Assembly (NCBI GenBank): GCA_965226495.1
Contig: OZ245365.1
Location: forward strand, 3,712,001 to 3,776,000
Source: Candidatus Marinacidobacterales bacterium
GTDB taxonomy: Bacteria; Acidobacteriota; Vicinamibacteria; Marinacidobacterales; DATDRI01
Length of the DNA stretch: 64,000 nt
Direction of reading: 5' to 3'
The notes under the pieces are model-generated. The model was not told the DNA's origin. It was given only the letters and a program-made list of their open reading frames with translations, and made no database searches. The stretch's first letter is position 1. Each line of letters opens with the position of its first letter. Position numbers and translations under genes: made by a program. Below, piece by piece: positions 1-10,327 of this stretch.

Positions 1-352
1 GCGTCCAGAAACCGACTTCGCATACGTAGGCCCAGGGATACTTGAATAGCTCGGGGTCATCCATGGCCAAGATGTTTCCACCGTGTGTGTTCGGATTGAG
101 GTACGTCAGCTCGTTCAGCATCTTGGTGAAATGGCTCTCCCCTCTCGGGTAGTCGTGATTCCATTTCAGGTCCAATCCCCAAGCGTAATTCCCCGGCCCC
201 CAGAAGGAAGGAGAAAAGCGTAACCGGATGAACGTGAACCGCCCGTTGTAGGGAACGTTGGTATAGGGCACATCGGGAGCATCGGCCAGGCCGGCAGAAA
301 GTGGGATGGTGGCCATCACCAGCAGGACAGTGAGCAGCCAGAGGCGTCTCAT
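1..352 (-). CDS. DUF4159-like exported protein (partial, runs off window start)
   Basis: Not in the ORF track. Hand translation from ATG 352 (ATGA overlap with the upstream stop) gives MRRLWLLTVLLVMATIPLSAGLADAPDVPYTNVPYNGRFTFIRLRF...WNHDYPRGE...DDPELFKYPWAYVCEVGFW, which parallels the DUF4159-like paralog at 6462-7334. Confidence 0.8.
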   Translation of the reverse strand, partial: MRRLWLLTVLLVMATIPLSAGLADAPDVPYTNVPYNGRFTFIRLRFSPSFWGPGNYAWGLDLKWNHDYPRGESHFTKMLNELTYLNPNTHGGNILAMDDPELFKYPWAYVCEVGFWT

Positions 353-3093
353 CGCGTACCCCTCTCGGTCGTGGCGGTACCGACTCCACTGACTTCACTG
401 GCTTCCGTGTCAGGCCGGCTCTCAATAAGGCTCAAGAGAAGCTCCTGCGCGGCACCGAAATTAGGGGCAATTTCGAGCGCTCGCAACACCTCCCGCTTCG
501 CGGCCAAGCGGTCCCCAGCTTCGAAATGAGCGCGTGCCAGTTCATAAATCGCCTGCGCTCGGTCGACCCGCTCCAGTGCCACCACAGCCTCCCTCTCGCG
601 TATGACAGCGTCCTCGCGACCGAGCTCTCGATGGAGATCGGCCAGCTTCTTGTGCGGCTCCATTTCGAACGGGTAGATGAACATCGCTTTTTCGAGCGCC
701 TCGGCCGCCGCGGGCCGATCCCCCAAGGACTCCAGGATCTCCGCCAGCGTGAGGTGCGCTTCGTAGTGACTCTCATCAATCTGGGTCAGTGTGGCGAGCT
801 CTTCCGCCGCTCGAGTGAAGTTTTCTTGCTTCTGATGAATCTGGGCAAGGTACCAATACGGGCTGTCGTTGCCCCCGTACTCCGGAAACAAAAGTTTCGC
901 ATGCTCCAAATACGGCAGGGCTTCTTCGAACTGTCCCAATTCGAAAAGAGACTTCCCCATGGCCAGCTGTGCCGAGAAGTCCCTCGGGTCTTTCGCCACT
1001 CGGTTCTGAATCGCCTGGCGGGTTAGGACCTCCATACCGTTTTCTTCGGGGGGAGGCTTCACGGCGGTTAGCGGAACCGCGAAGCGCTCCTTCACGTAAG
1101 TGTCGAATTCCGCATCGAAGGCATCCAACTCTAAGCCCAGGACGGTCTGGAAAACTTCGTCGGCCCTCAGACCCTTCTTGTAACCTTCCAGCATCTCTAA
1201 AATCGCCCCGAAGCCATAATCGCGCACAATAAGCTCGAAGACCAGAGAGGCCTGGTAGTAGGAGTTACTGATCTGATGGGGGTAACTAGGCCGGATGAAA
1301 CCGTTGTTGAGCTCGGCAATCGGAAGCAATTCGCCCTTCTGTAGCGCGACCAAGAAGGGAATGCCGACATCGTCACCCCAGCCGGTCCGCGCGTGGTGCT
1401 CCTCGTACACGGAAAGCCCCTCCGATACCCATCGCGGGACCTTGTGGTCGGTCATTCCCAGCGTAACGGTATGAGCGAGCTCGTGCCAGAGGGTGGTACC
1501 CCAATTGAATCTTCCCTTCTCCCGCGCCGATGGAGAATCGATCGCGATCACCGGACCGAAACAGACCCCGAGGGCTCCCAAGCCCGCCAAACCGATGGTA
1601 CGGACCGAGAAATCGCCATGGGATGGATAGACTTCGATGCGAATGGGGGTCGGAGGTTTGTAACCATAGCGTTCTGCTAATGCGTCGTATGCCTCTTCGG
1701 CCAGAGCCATCACGTAGGGCGCGAGTAGATCCGACTCTTTGCCGTCGATGACGAACAGGAAGCGGGCGCTCTCCGTCTCCTTGTAGTTGGGGAAGGTGTC
1801 GAGAAGATCGAGCGTGTTCTTAATCCAAAGATTGAACGGATCGCCGGCGAAGGACCGTTCCAGATTCGCTCGTCCTCCCTCGATATCACCGAGGCGTAGC
1901 TGATTGAGGCCGAGTAGCCCGTAGCCACGCCAAGATTTCTCGTCGAGGAGGACGGCCTGGCGGGAAAAATCCACCGCCTCTTGATAGAGCCGGTTCCGCA
2001 CCGAGACCTCGGCCGCCGTGTTGTAGAAGTCGGCATAACCGGGATTGAGCTCGAGAACGCGGTCCCGTATTTCATTAAACTGTTGACTCTCCCCGCGGAG
2101 AAACCGCGCTGCCGCCAGTGTCGATAGGGCCTCCAGGTCGACCGGATTCACCTTTAACGCGCGTTCCGCCTCGTGGACCGCCTTCTGGTAGTCCTCGAGA
2201 CTGAGATAGAGCCACGCCAGAAACGCCCGGGCCGGCACGAAATTGGGGCTTATCTCCAGTGCTTTTTCGGTGAGAGGGAGGGCTTCCGGTGCTCCATCGA
2301 AATCCATCACCCGAGCCAATCCGAGTAGGGCGCGCGGGTGATTGGGATTCACCGCGAGCACTTTCTGAAAGATCTCCCGCGCCTCACCGGTGTTGTACTG
2401 CTGCCCGGTCCCGCCTTTCTCGAATAACAGTTGGCCCAGTGCGATCTGCACTTCGAGGTCTAGTGGGTCCGCTGCCACCGCTTCATCGAACGCTGTTAGG
2501 GCGCCTTGGAAATTGTCGTAGTTGTTTATCCCTAGGTATAGGCAAGCTGTGCCCACCGCGGTCAGGTCCGCCGAAGAGAGCTGCCCCTTTCTGCTCAGGT
2601 TGTAAACGTCGATGAACCGATCGAATCCTTGCATCGCCTCGGAACGTTTGCCTCGCCGGTAGTCGAGCACCGCCAGGTTGAGTGCGGCGGTGAGCGCATC
2701 GGAGGCTTTTCCGTCTATCGCTCGTTCGAACGCTTGTTGAGCGGCCACCACTTTCCCGGTTTCGTACAGAATCTCCCCGAGACTGTTCGAAAGCTCCACC
2801 GAGTCGGGGAAAACACGTGCGAACCGTCCGATCGTTTCCTCTGCATCGTCGTAACGCCCGGTGTCGCGTAGGGCCTGAATCAGGGCGCGACGGGCCAGCA
2901 CGTCGGCTTCCTTGCTCTCGAGGTGCCTGGTGAGAAGCTTGATGGCTTGCGAATAGTCGCCCTTTTGCAGAGCGGCGAGTCCATCCTCGAGTGCGTTGGC
3001 CCCTACCGGAGGAGCTCCCAGTGCGCCGGTGAGCATGACCGATAGGGCGAGTCCAGCGGTCATTTTCACTAGGCGTTTCATTGGGCGATTCAT
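349..3093 (-). CDS. Secreted TPR-repeat protein with central peptidase MA (gluzincin)-like domain
   Basis: Signal peptide, many TPR-like helical repeats, HELAH zinc motif followed by WVSEGLSVYEE. Confidence 0.85.
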   Translation of the reverse strand: MNRPMKRLVKMTAGLALSVMLTGALGAPPVGANALEDGLAALQKGDYSQAIKLLTRHLESKEADVLARRALIQALRDTGRYDDAEETIGRFARVFPDSVELSNSLGEILYETGKVVAAQQAFERAIDGKASDALTAALNLAVLDYRRGKRSEAMQGFDRFIDVYNLSRKGQLSSADLTAVGTACLYLGINNYDNFQGALTAFDEAVAADPLDLEVQIALGQLLFEKGGTGQQYNTGEAREIFQKVLAVNPNHPRALLGLARVMDFDGAPEALPLTEKALEISPNFVPARAFLAWLYLSLEDYQKAVHEAERALKVNPVDLEALSTLAAARFLRGESQQFNEIRDRVLELNPGYADFYNTAAEVSVRNRLYQEAVDFSRQAVLLDEKSWRGYGLLGLNQLRLGDIEGGRANLERSFAGDPFNLWIKNTLDLLDTFPNYKETESARFLFVIDGKESDLLAPYVMALAEEAYDALAERYGYKPPTPIRIEVYPSHGDFSVRTIGLAGLGALGVCFGPVIAIDSPSAREKGRFNWGTTLWHELAHTVTLGMTDHKVPRWVSEGLSVYEEHHARTGWGDDVGIPFLVALQKGELLPIAELNNGFIRPSYPHQISNSYYQASLVFELIVRDYGFGAILEMLEGYKKGLRADEVFQTVLGLELDAFDAEFDTYVKERFAVPLTAVKPPPEENGMEVLTRQAIQNRVAKDPRDFSAQLAMGKSLFELGQFEEALPYLEHAKLLFPEYGGNDSPYWYLAQIHQKQENFTRAAEELATLTQIDESHYEAHLTLAEILESLGDRPAAAEALEKAMFIYPFEMEPHKKLADLHRELGREDAVIREREAVVALERVDRAQAIYELARAHFEAGDRLAAKREVLRALEIAPNFGAAQELLLSLIESRPDTEASEVSGVGTATTERGTR

Positions 3094-4115
3094 TGTGGCG
3101 GCTCCGCCATAGCACCGATCGCACGGTTCTTCCTCGCAAGCTCCACCAGCAGCTTCTCGAGCTCTTCGAAGTAAAGGTCGGAAACCATCGTTTGTTTTTG
3201 TAACTTCAACGCCTCGATCCGTTGCTCGAGGGCAAGTTTGTCCTTATAGAGCGCCACCAACTCGGGATCCGTTGGGACTCCGGCTTCCGAACCAGCGGCG
3301 CCGAGCATCGTACCGGGCTGCATGAAGGAAAACCTCGCTACCGCCCCATCCCCCGCTCGCTTTTCTGCCTCGAGGGGGCGCGGAGTACCTTTCTTGTCCC
3401 CGTCGTCGTCTAAAACAGCGTGCTCGGTCTGGAGCTGGTTGCCTTCCTCGTAGGCTTGCGCCACATGAAGACGCGCGTACTCGAACGCTTCCAAGACCGA
3501 CACCCGCTTGTCTTTGTCCACGTCTGCCGCATCGCCGGTAAAGGCCTCTATGAAGTACTTACCGAACAGGGTCTCGTTTCTTTCCATCCCAGATTTGGTA
3601 GCGGTCACAATGACCCGGTTCTCTCCGGACAGCGCCTGGACAAACTCCCCGCTCGCGCTCGCGGTATTGACGAAGACGATCTGTTGCGCGCCGAACCGTT
3701 CTAGTAGGCTCGAGAACTCACTGGCCGTAATGTCCGGCCCCGGAAGGTTGAACCGCGACTCTCCGGAACGGTAGCTACCGTGCCCAATGAGGATGATGAA
3801 AACCTGATCGTCGGGTTCCACCCGCCCCGCAATTTCCGTGAGCGCATTCTCGACGGCTTCTTTGGTAGACTTCCCCCGAATTCTTTCTGGATCCCGCTCG
3901 GGCTCTTCGCCCAAATACCAAATATCCTCTGCCGGCAGCCCGAACCGACTACTTGCCACTTCGAGGAGGGCAATCGAGGATTCGTAAAATTGATCGCGAT
4001 AGGCTGGCTCTCCTCCCAAGCCACTTACGATAAGAAGGTAGCTGCGACCCACTGATTGAGCGCTCACGACCGGGCCCACCGCCAGGGAAAGGACGGCGAT
4101 CACTAATACGCGCAT
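3090..4115 (-). CDS. Secreted caspase/legumain (C13/C14)-fold protein with C-terminal coiled coil
   Basis: Start moved to ATG 4115 (MRVLVIAVLSLAVG, signal peptide). IGHGS motif, VNTASASG where the catalytic Cys would be expected, DVDKDKRVSVLE EF-hand-like loop. Confidence 0.65.
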   Translation of the reverse strand: MRVLVIAVLSLAVGPVVSAQSVGRSYLLIVSGLGGEPAYRDQFYESSIALLEVASSRFGLPAEDIWYLGEEPERDPERIRGKSTKEAVENALTEIAGRVEPDDQVFIILIGHGSYRSGESRFNLPGPDITASEFSSLLERFGAQQIVFVNTASASGEFVQALSGENRVIVTATKSGMERNETLFGKYFIEAFTGDAADVDKDKRVSVLEAFEYARLHVAQAYEEGNQLQTEHAVLDDDGDKKGTPRPLEAEKRAGDGAVARFSFMQPGTMLGAAGSEAGVPTDPELVALYKDKLALEQRIEALKLQKQTMVSDLYFEELEKLLVELARKNRAIGAMAEPPQ

Positions 4116-4153
4116 AGGCGGCTTCAATTCACGTACATCTCGCGTAGCCTCGC

Positions 4154-6457
4154 CTAGGCCAGCCCTCGGGCTTTCCGGTATCCCCATTCGGTCGCGACGA
4201 GCCCGACCACTAGCAGGAAGAGAATCGGCATATCCCACAAGTCCTTCTCTTCGAGAACGGAGGTGCCACCTTCGACGTAGCTCATATCCTCGGCGAGCTC
4301 CGCCACGTTATCGCTCGTGTAAAAGCGCCCGCCCGTTTCCTCCGCGATCCGCTCGAGGAGCGACGTATTCCTTTCCGCACCGAAGAACTCATCGGCGAGA
4401 TCGGTAGTCAGAATGTAGGACGAAGACTCGCCGAGAAGGTTCCCGGCTCGCCGAGCCTCCACTCGAATCTCGTGCAGCCCCTTCTCTTCCGGAAGAAAGC
4501 TGGCCCGGTACTGGCCGTCGGTTTCCACCGTCCACTCCATCTCCAGATCCAAAAGCTCGCCCGAAGGAGTCTTGATTTCAGCCACCACCTCCGCGTTGTT
4601 CACTTTGAGAAACCTGTCGTCATCGACCTCGGCGGTCAGCGTCACCGGCTCGAGAGGTGAGTAGCGATCCTTCTCGGTCGTTATTTCGACCGGGTCGGGA
4701 ACGTAGCTGACCAACCATCTCAGGAGCTTGCGCCATAGCGTCTCGTGGGTCATGTCCTCGAGTTCGATCTCGGCATGCATCTGCCACTGCCACGAGTCGT
4801 GGACGGTCAAAGCCAGCGCCTTGCCGCGCCCGTATCGTTGAAACGCGAGCACAACCTGGCGCTCCGACGTTTCCTTCTCGGTTCCGAGGAGCAACGTCGT
4901 GGCGCCCGGCTTGGTTTGCCGGACCGGATTCAATGTGGAAAGAGGCGGGAGCTTCTCCCACCGGGTGATACTCTCCTCCACGCCACCTGCGAACTGAGTC
5001 ACAGGGTGCGTTTTACCCACCGGCGTGGGCTCGACCGTCAACTCCGCGAAGTATGGCTCGCCCTCGTCTCCTTCGAGCTCTTCGAGCGCCACGGGAAGTA
5101 CTTCCGCCACCGGCGTGCCAGCATAGCCGCCCTCGGAAAAGGAGCGGCGACCGCCCAGCATAAGAAATCCACCTCCCCGCTGGCTTACGAAGTCGGCCAT
5201 CATCCGGAGTTGATCGTAGGTGAAATAGCTCGCCTCGACGCTTCCCAACACCAAACCTCGGTAGCGGAAGAGCTCCTCCCTCGTCTTGGGGAATCCCGAC
5301 GCGAGCTCCTCGCCGTCGCTCACGTCGAGACGTAAGTACTTGTTCTCGGCGGTTCGCTGTAGCACGACGACTTGAAGGTTCTTGTCTTCGGACACGGCTC
5401 GACGAATGAACTTCAACTCGAAACGGGGCTCCCCCTCGAAATACAAAATCTTCTCGCGGCGGTCCTCCACGATGATGAGGGCCTCCTGCTGGTTGTTCTG
5501 CGTGACCATTTCGCCCGGTAGCGGGTGGACCTTGAAACGGAACAGGCGAGGCCCCGCGTTCGATGCGGTGAAGTGCACGCGGACGGTTGAGACGTCGCCT
5601 TCGGACGCGAGCTCAACTTCCCGTGTGTTGACGATCCGACCGGAGTCCTCGACATCGAGCCGCACTCGAGACCCCGGGAAACCCCGCTGCGATATTGCCA
5701 CGTCGACCACTAACGACGAGCCCTTGAGCACCGAACGAGGAGCGTCGACGCGGGATAGCTCGATGTCCTTCGAGAACCGATCCCGACCAAGCCCCACGGT
5801 ATAGACAGGAACCGATCGGGCTTTGAGCGACAGCAACGTATCGCTGAGTACAGCGTCGGAGTTATCAGCGCCGTCACTAACTAGAACCAGACCGGCCAGT
5901 GGTACCGCAGCGAGCTCGTCAGAAGCCCTCTCCAAAGCCTGGCCGACATCGGTCTGCACTCCGGCGAAAGTGAGAGCGGACGCGCTGTCGACCCGCTCGG
6001 CATCGGACGAAAAACGGAAGAAACGGACCTTGAATTTTTCCGACAGTTCGGTGAGAAGCGGACTTCCCTCCGGACCGAACGTCGAATTCATGAACTCTGA
6101 GCGCGGGGCGCCGTCCTTGTCCGCGATCTGAATACTCCTAGAGTCGTCCAACAAGATGCCGACGAAGCTCTTGAGTGGCACCACGGTGGAAAGAACGAGA
6201 GCCGGCTGGCATAGACAAAAGAGGATGACCGCCAAGGCCGTGGCCCGTAAGAGCGTCAAGATGAGCCGGTCGCGTTGGCCGGTCTTTCCCCGCACGGTTC
6301 GGTACTTGAGGATGGTGGGCACCGCCACTGCCAAAATAACGAGAGCGACCAGGTAAGAAGGCCACGAAGCGGCCAGCGTCAGGCTTCCCTTCTCGAAAAC
6401 GACCGGCCGATACTTAAAGAGAAATTGAAAAACGGATTCGAATAGAGATGCCATCAT
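4154..6457 (-). CDS. Membrane protein with VWA-like and glutamine-amidotransferase-like (GATase1-like) domains
   Basis: N-terminal TM helices, DDSRS MIDAS-like motif, SDG, FVSQRGGGFLMLGG, C-terminal EWGYRK TM anchor. Confidence 0.75.
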   Translation of the reverse strand: MMASLFESVFQFLFKYRPVVFEKGSLTLAASWPSYLVALVILAVAVPTILKYRTVRGKTGQRDRLILTLLRATALAVILFCLCQPALVLSTVVPLKSFVGILLDDSRSIQIADKDGAPRSEFMNSTFGPEGSPLLTELSEKFKVRFFRFSSDAERVDSASALTFAGVQTDVGQALERASDELAAVPLAGLVLVSDGADNSDAVLSDTLLSLKARSVPVYTVGLGRDRFSKDIELSRVDAPRSVLKGSSLVVDVAISQRGFPGSRVRLDVEDSGRIVNTREVELASEGDVSTVRVHFTASNAGPRLFRFKVHPLPGEMVTQNNQQEALIIVEDRREKILYFEGEPRFELKFIRRAVSEDKNLQVVVLQRTAENKYLRLDVSDGEELASGFPKTREELFRYRGLVLGSVEASYFTYDQLRMMADFVSQRGGGFLMLGGRRSFSEGGYAGTPVAEVLPVALEELEGDEGEPYFAELTVEPTPVGKTHPVTQFAGGVEESITRWEKLPPLSTLNPVRQTKPGATTLLLGTEKETSERQVVLAFQRYGRGKALALTVHDSWQWQMHAEIELEDMTHETLWRKLLRWLVSYVPDPVEITTEKDRYSPLEPVTLTAEVDDDRFLKVNNAEVVAEIKTPSGELLDLEMEWTVETDGQYRASFLPEEKGLHEIRVEARRAGNLLGESSSYILTTDLADEFFGAERNTSLLERIAEETGGRFYTSDNVAELAEDMSYVEGGTSVLEEKDLWDMPILFLLVVGLVATEWGYRKARGLA

Positions 6458-6461
6458 TCCA

Positions 6462-7334
6462 TCAGTGGCTCATACCGTAGATGATGAAGTTCACACCCAT
6501 TTGGTACGCGTAAGTCGAAAATCTCAGTGGGTAGTACGGGTTCTCCGCCCACTCCCAGGCATCACCGAGGTCGGTGTTCCAGTTAATCACGACCATCAGA
6601 CGACCCTGGTCATCGAAAATCCCTCGGAGCACGGGCGTGTACCCGTCTTTTTCCCACGTCGGTCCCCCCGCAATCCCTTGGCCGACGTTGGGCACCTGAA
6701 CAATTTCGTGGACGTTGTAGAAACAGCTGAACACCGGATGGTCCCGAGGAATATCCATGGCCTTCCGTCCGGGAAGTATTCGCTCGAACTCCAACTCGAA
6801 GTTCTCCCACTCGAAGCTGCCCCAGAAATCATCTATGACCCAAAAACCACCCGCGAGCAAGTACCGTCGGAGACCTAGGACCTCCAACTCAGACAACGCC
6901 ATGTAGCCTACTTCAACGGCGTAGAGGAAAGGATAGCGTCCCAAATTGGGGTCTGTCAGCTGGATGGGGTTCTCGGCTTCGTACGCGTCAAGGTTGGTGA
7001 GCCGTCGAAGACCGATGAGGAACTGGCGGTCCGCCTTCGGGAAGTCCACGCTCCAGCTGCTGAAGTTTCGAAACCCGTAGCCGGTGTACGCGGCACGCGT
7101 GAAGTAGAACTCACGCGGGTACTCGGGATGCCGAATCGAGGGGAGAACGAGCTCGGCGTCGAGAAAACCGGCAGTCGGAGACGCTTCTACCGGAGATTGT
7201 TTGGTAGGGGCTTCGGTTGCCATCACCCATGACGCAGGGAGCGAAGTCGCTGGCTGTAGTGCAAGGATGGCCAGGGGCGCTCCAAACACACCGAGGGTCA
7301 GAATCCCAACGGAGGCTAGCGTTTCGGGCCGCAT
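6462..7334 (-). CDS. DUF4159 domain protein
   Basis: WSVDFPKAD, YPFLYAVEVG, LRRYLLAGGFWVIDDFWG, NTDLGDAWE, MGVNFIIYGMSH. Confidence 0.85.
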   Translation of the reverse strand: MRPETLASVGILTLGVFGAPLAILALQPATSLPASWVMATEAPTKQSPVEASPTAGFLDAELVLPSIRHPEYPREFYFTRAAYTGYGFRNFSSWSVDFPKADRQFLIGLRRLTNLDAYEAENPIQLTDPNLGRYPFLYAVEVGYMALSELEVLGLRRYLLAGGFWVIDDFWGSFEWENFELEFERILPGRKAMDIPRDHPVFSCFYNVHEIVQVPNVGQGIAGGPTWEKDGYTPVLRGIFDDQGRLMVVINWNTDLGDAWEWAENPYYPLRFSTYAYQMGVNFIIYGMSH

Positions 7335-7741
7335 TTAGGAACTCCCTGTCAATAATAATCGGGATAATAGCGGTCGCGACGTCGAGACAGGTCTTAGACC
7401 CACTCGTCAATGCTTTCCACGAAGAATGACGGCAACAAAGATGCCAGTAGCATGGCCTGCCAGCCCTTCCTGGTGCGGCTCCCAGCCCCCATAAAGCCTA
7501 CAAATTGTGGGTCTACCTAGGTTTATTATAACCCGACGGACTCCTTTCTCATAATACGGGGTCGCTCGACTCCGGACTGGGGGGCCTCCCTCACAGTCGC
7601 GCGAAATACTCTCCAGCACCAAAAACGGCCCTGGAGGGTCTCCCGCGAAGGGGGCAGCAAAACAGGTGCTAGCAGTCGTTCGGTTTCTTGCCTATGATTG
7701 CAGGCAACTTAATGACGACTCGCTTAACAGGAGGCTATCTC

Positions 7742-8817
7742 ATGTCCTATCCGGCCAGCCCATATGCTATTTCTATCGCTCTCATCGTTTTCTTATCGGC
7801 CATGACAGCATGTTCGCCGCCGGAGCCCCAGGAGCCCGTTGAGAAATCACCTCTGGAATCGACGGAGGGGGACGAGGCCACGATTCCCTCCCCCCCCGCG
7901 GGCTTCGACGCGGTCCCGGTCCCCGAAGACAACCCGTCACCGTGGAAAAAGTTGCCTTGGGCCAGCAGCTCTTCTTCGATAAAAGGCTCTCGGCCGATGG
8001 CACTCGATCTTGCTACTCCTGTCATGTGTGCGAGAACGGCCTAACGGATGGGAAACCAGTCGCGGAGGGCGCGCTCGGCAAGGTACTTACGCGAAGCAGC
8101 CCCTCTTTGTGGAACGTCGGTTACCAGTCCGAGTTCTACTGGGATGGGCGAAGCCCATCACTCGAGCGACAGGCCATGGCTGCCTGGACCGGCGGCAACA
8201 TGGGCGCGAACGCCGAAGAAGTCGTGGGGGCACTGAACGAGATGGACGGATACCGCGTCCAGTTCCAAGAAGTTTTCGGCGAGGACGCCACTCCTGACAA
8301 TGTGGTCGCCGCGATCTCCGCCTACGAGCGGGTCAGCCTCTTTTGCGGAGAGACGGCCTACGATCTCTGGCGTGGCGGTGATGAGACCGCAGTGAGCGAG
8401 GGTGCAAAGAAAGGCGCCGAACTCTTCGTCGGCAAGGCCGGTTGCGGGAACTGTCATTCCGGCGTGCTCTTTTCGGATATGAAGTACCACAACGTCGGGA
8501 TCGGAATGGATGCAGAGAAGCCCGATGTCGCACGAGCCAAGGTGACCGGAGACGATGCCCACACCGGCGCCTTCAAGACCCCCAGCTTGAGGGACATCAA
8601 CCGGAGCGCGCCCTACTTTCACAACGGCAGCGCTGCCACCCTCGAGGAAGCGGTGGACATTATGCTCGGCGGGGGGATCGATAATCCCTACATCGACTCC
8701 GAGAATCTAAAAAAAGTAGAGCTCACCGCGGAAGAGAGGGTGAACCTAATCGAGTTCTTGAAGGCCCTGGACTGTCCCTGCGATTTGACCGCGCCGGAGC
8801 TTCCGTCGGAGGACTAA
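7742..8817 (+). CDS. Di-heme cytochrome c peroxidase/MauG-family lipoprotein; one-base frameshift near 7936
   Basis: RBS GGAGG before ATG 7742, lipobox MTAC, PEDNP then frame change to VEKVALGQQLFFDKRLS; CYSCH and CGNCH heme motifs; FKTPSLR..APYFHNGS. Confidence 0.85.
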
Positions 8818-9125
8818 GTCTCTGGGATCCAGCGATGATCGACGACGAAGGAAAACTCCGGCTTCAATTTGCGGATGAGGACCTCCGCCGCGAGGGACCG
8901 CGCACAACCTCGAGCTAAGAGCTCCTCGGCCGAGCCGCCCTCCGTGGCAGCTAGCTCGTCCGCAACTTCGATCGCGCGGGGGGTTAGCTTGAGGGTTCCC
9001 TCGACCGGCTGCTCTCCTTGACTTCCCACCGCGGCCGAATAAAGCTTGAACTTCTCGTCTTCAGTGTCGGCAGGTCGTATATCCGCCTGATACTCTTCTT
9101 CACGAACTTTGAAGCTTGCTCTCAT
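8814..9125 (-). CDS. Hypothetical protein
   Basis: 103-aa ORF 5 bp downstream of the VWA gene on the same strand, protein-like composition. Confidence 0.6.
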   Translation of the reverse strand: MRASFKVREEEYQADIRPADTEDEKFKLYSAAVGSQGEQPVEGTLKLTPRAIEVADELAATEGGSAEELLARGCARSLAAEVLIRKLKPEFSFVVDHRWIPET

Positions 9126-9130
9126 GTCTT

Positions 9131-10075
9131 TTAGCGCTCCTCGTCCAGCACGTCGAGAGGACCCGTGTAGCCTTGTCGGGCTCTGACCTTTGTTCCCTTG
9201 TGTTTAACCTCTACTTTGATCTTACGATAGTTGCCGTCCCTCTTGGTATTGGTGGAGACATAGCCCAGCGTATACTGGCTGAATAGCTCCTCCAAAATAC
9301 GATCATAAAACTCGTCGATCTGCTCCAGCGATGTCGCTACAGCATAGGAGCCCCCGGTCAGCTTCGAAATTTGACGGAGGAACTTTCCCTGGGTGAAAAG
9401 GCGCGACGGGTTTTGTCGCGGTCCACCGAAATGAATAGTATGGATGGTAACCGAGGAATCCTTCACCATGTGCAAAATGTCCCCGATTCCGAGCGTGCTG
9501 CGCGAGTCGACTCCATCACTAAAGACGATGAGTGTTTTCTTCCCGTCGTAGTGATAAACGCGATCGAGGACCGTGCCGACGGCATCGTAGAGTGCCGTCC
9601 AACCTTCCGCCTCCATATCGTAGACCCGCTCGGCGATCTGCCGCTGATCGTCTGAAGAGTACTCGGAAAGACGGATGTTCTCGTCGAAATCGAGGAAGAG
9701 TAAATGCTCGGTGGCGGGAATGTTATCGAGAAATTTGAGCGCCGCCGATTGCACCAGGTCCATCTCGTCGTCCATGCTTCCGCTTGCATCCATGATCAGG
9801 CCCATCACCTGCTTGCCCGACATCGCCTCTTTCATTTCCGGCGACATCCCGACCCACGAACCCTTCAGACCCGCCGCGAAAAGGCTGACCTGTTGTTCGA
9901 CCCCATCTTCGTAGACCATGAATAGACTGGGGTCGAGATCGTGGACGAAGTTTCCGTCTTGGTCAGTAACCGCGACCGGCACCGACACCATGTCGACTCG
10001 AGCTTCGAAGCGAAGGGGTTTCTGAGCGGTAAGAAGTAGAGCGGAGCTAATTAATAGGAAAGTTTTCCGATACAT
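9131..10075 (-). CDS. VWA domain protein (VWFA-related Acidobacterial type)
   Basis: VPVAVTDQDGNFV, DASGSM MIDAS, TALYDA, SDGVD, QYTLGY, YRKIKV, RARQGY. Confidence 0.9.
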   Translation of the reverse strand: MYRKTFLLISSALLLTAQKPLRFEARVDMVSVPVAVTDQDGNFVHDLDPSLFMVYEDGVEQQVSLFAAGLKGSWVGMSPEMKEAMSGKQVMGLIMDASGSMDDEMDLVQSAALKFLDNIPATEHLLFLDFDENIRLSEYSSDDQRQIAERVYDMEAEGWTALYDAVGTVLDRVYHYDGKKTLIVFSDGVDSRSTLGIGDILHMVKDSSVTIHTIHFGGPRQNPSRLFTQGKFLRQISKLTGGSYAVATSLEQIDEFYDRILEELFSQYTLGYVSTNTKRDGNYRKIKVEVKHKGTKVRARQGYTGPLDVLDEER

Positions 10076-10327
10076 CGAGCGTCCAAACTGTCCGGGCCGA
10101 AGAGATGAAACCGTAGCACGACTCGCAACAAAGGGTCAATTCGACGGAATTCTCTTTTCCAGCCGCTCACACTGTTCAAGTTGCGCGGGCGTCCTGCCGC
10201 GATCGATTGCGCCGTCTGGCTAACTTGATAGTAGCAACCAGATATTTTGGCGGCCAGAACGTAGTAAGTAACGCTCACTGGACGCCAAGCAGGATCCGAA
10301 AGACTCCTCATCACCTCACACCGGACC

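Noticed and set aside
7625-7680. Possible c-di-GMP riboswitch (cccgcgaagggg...gcaaa)
   Set aside because: Only a fragmentary resemblance; the other conserved elements are not recognisable
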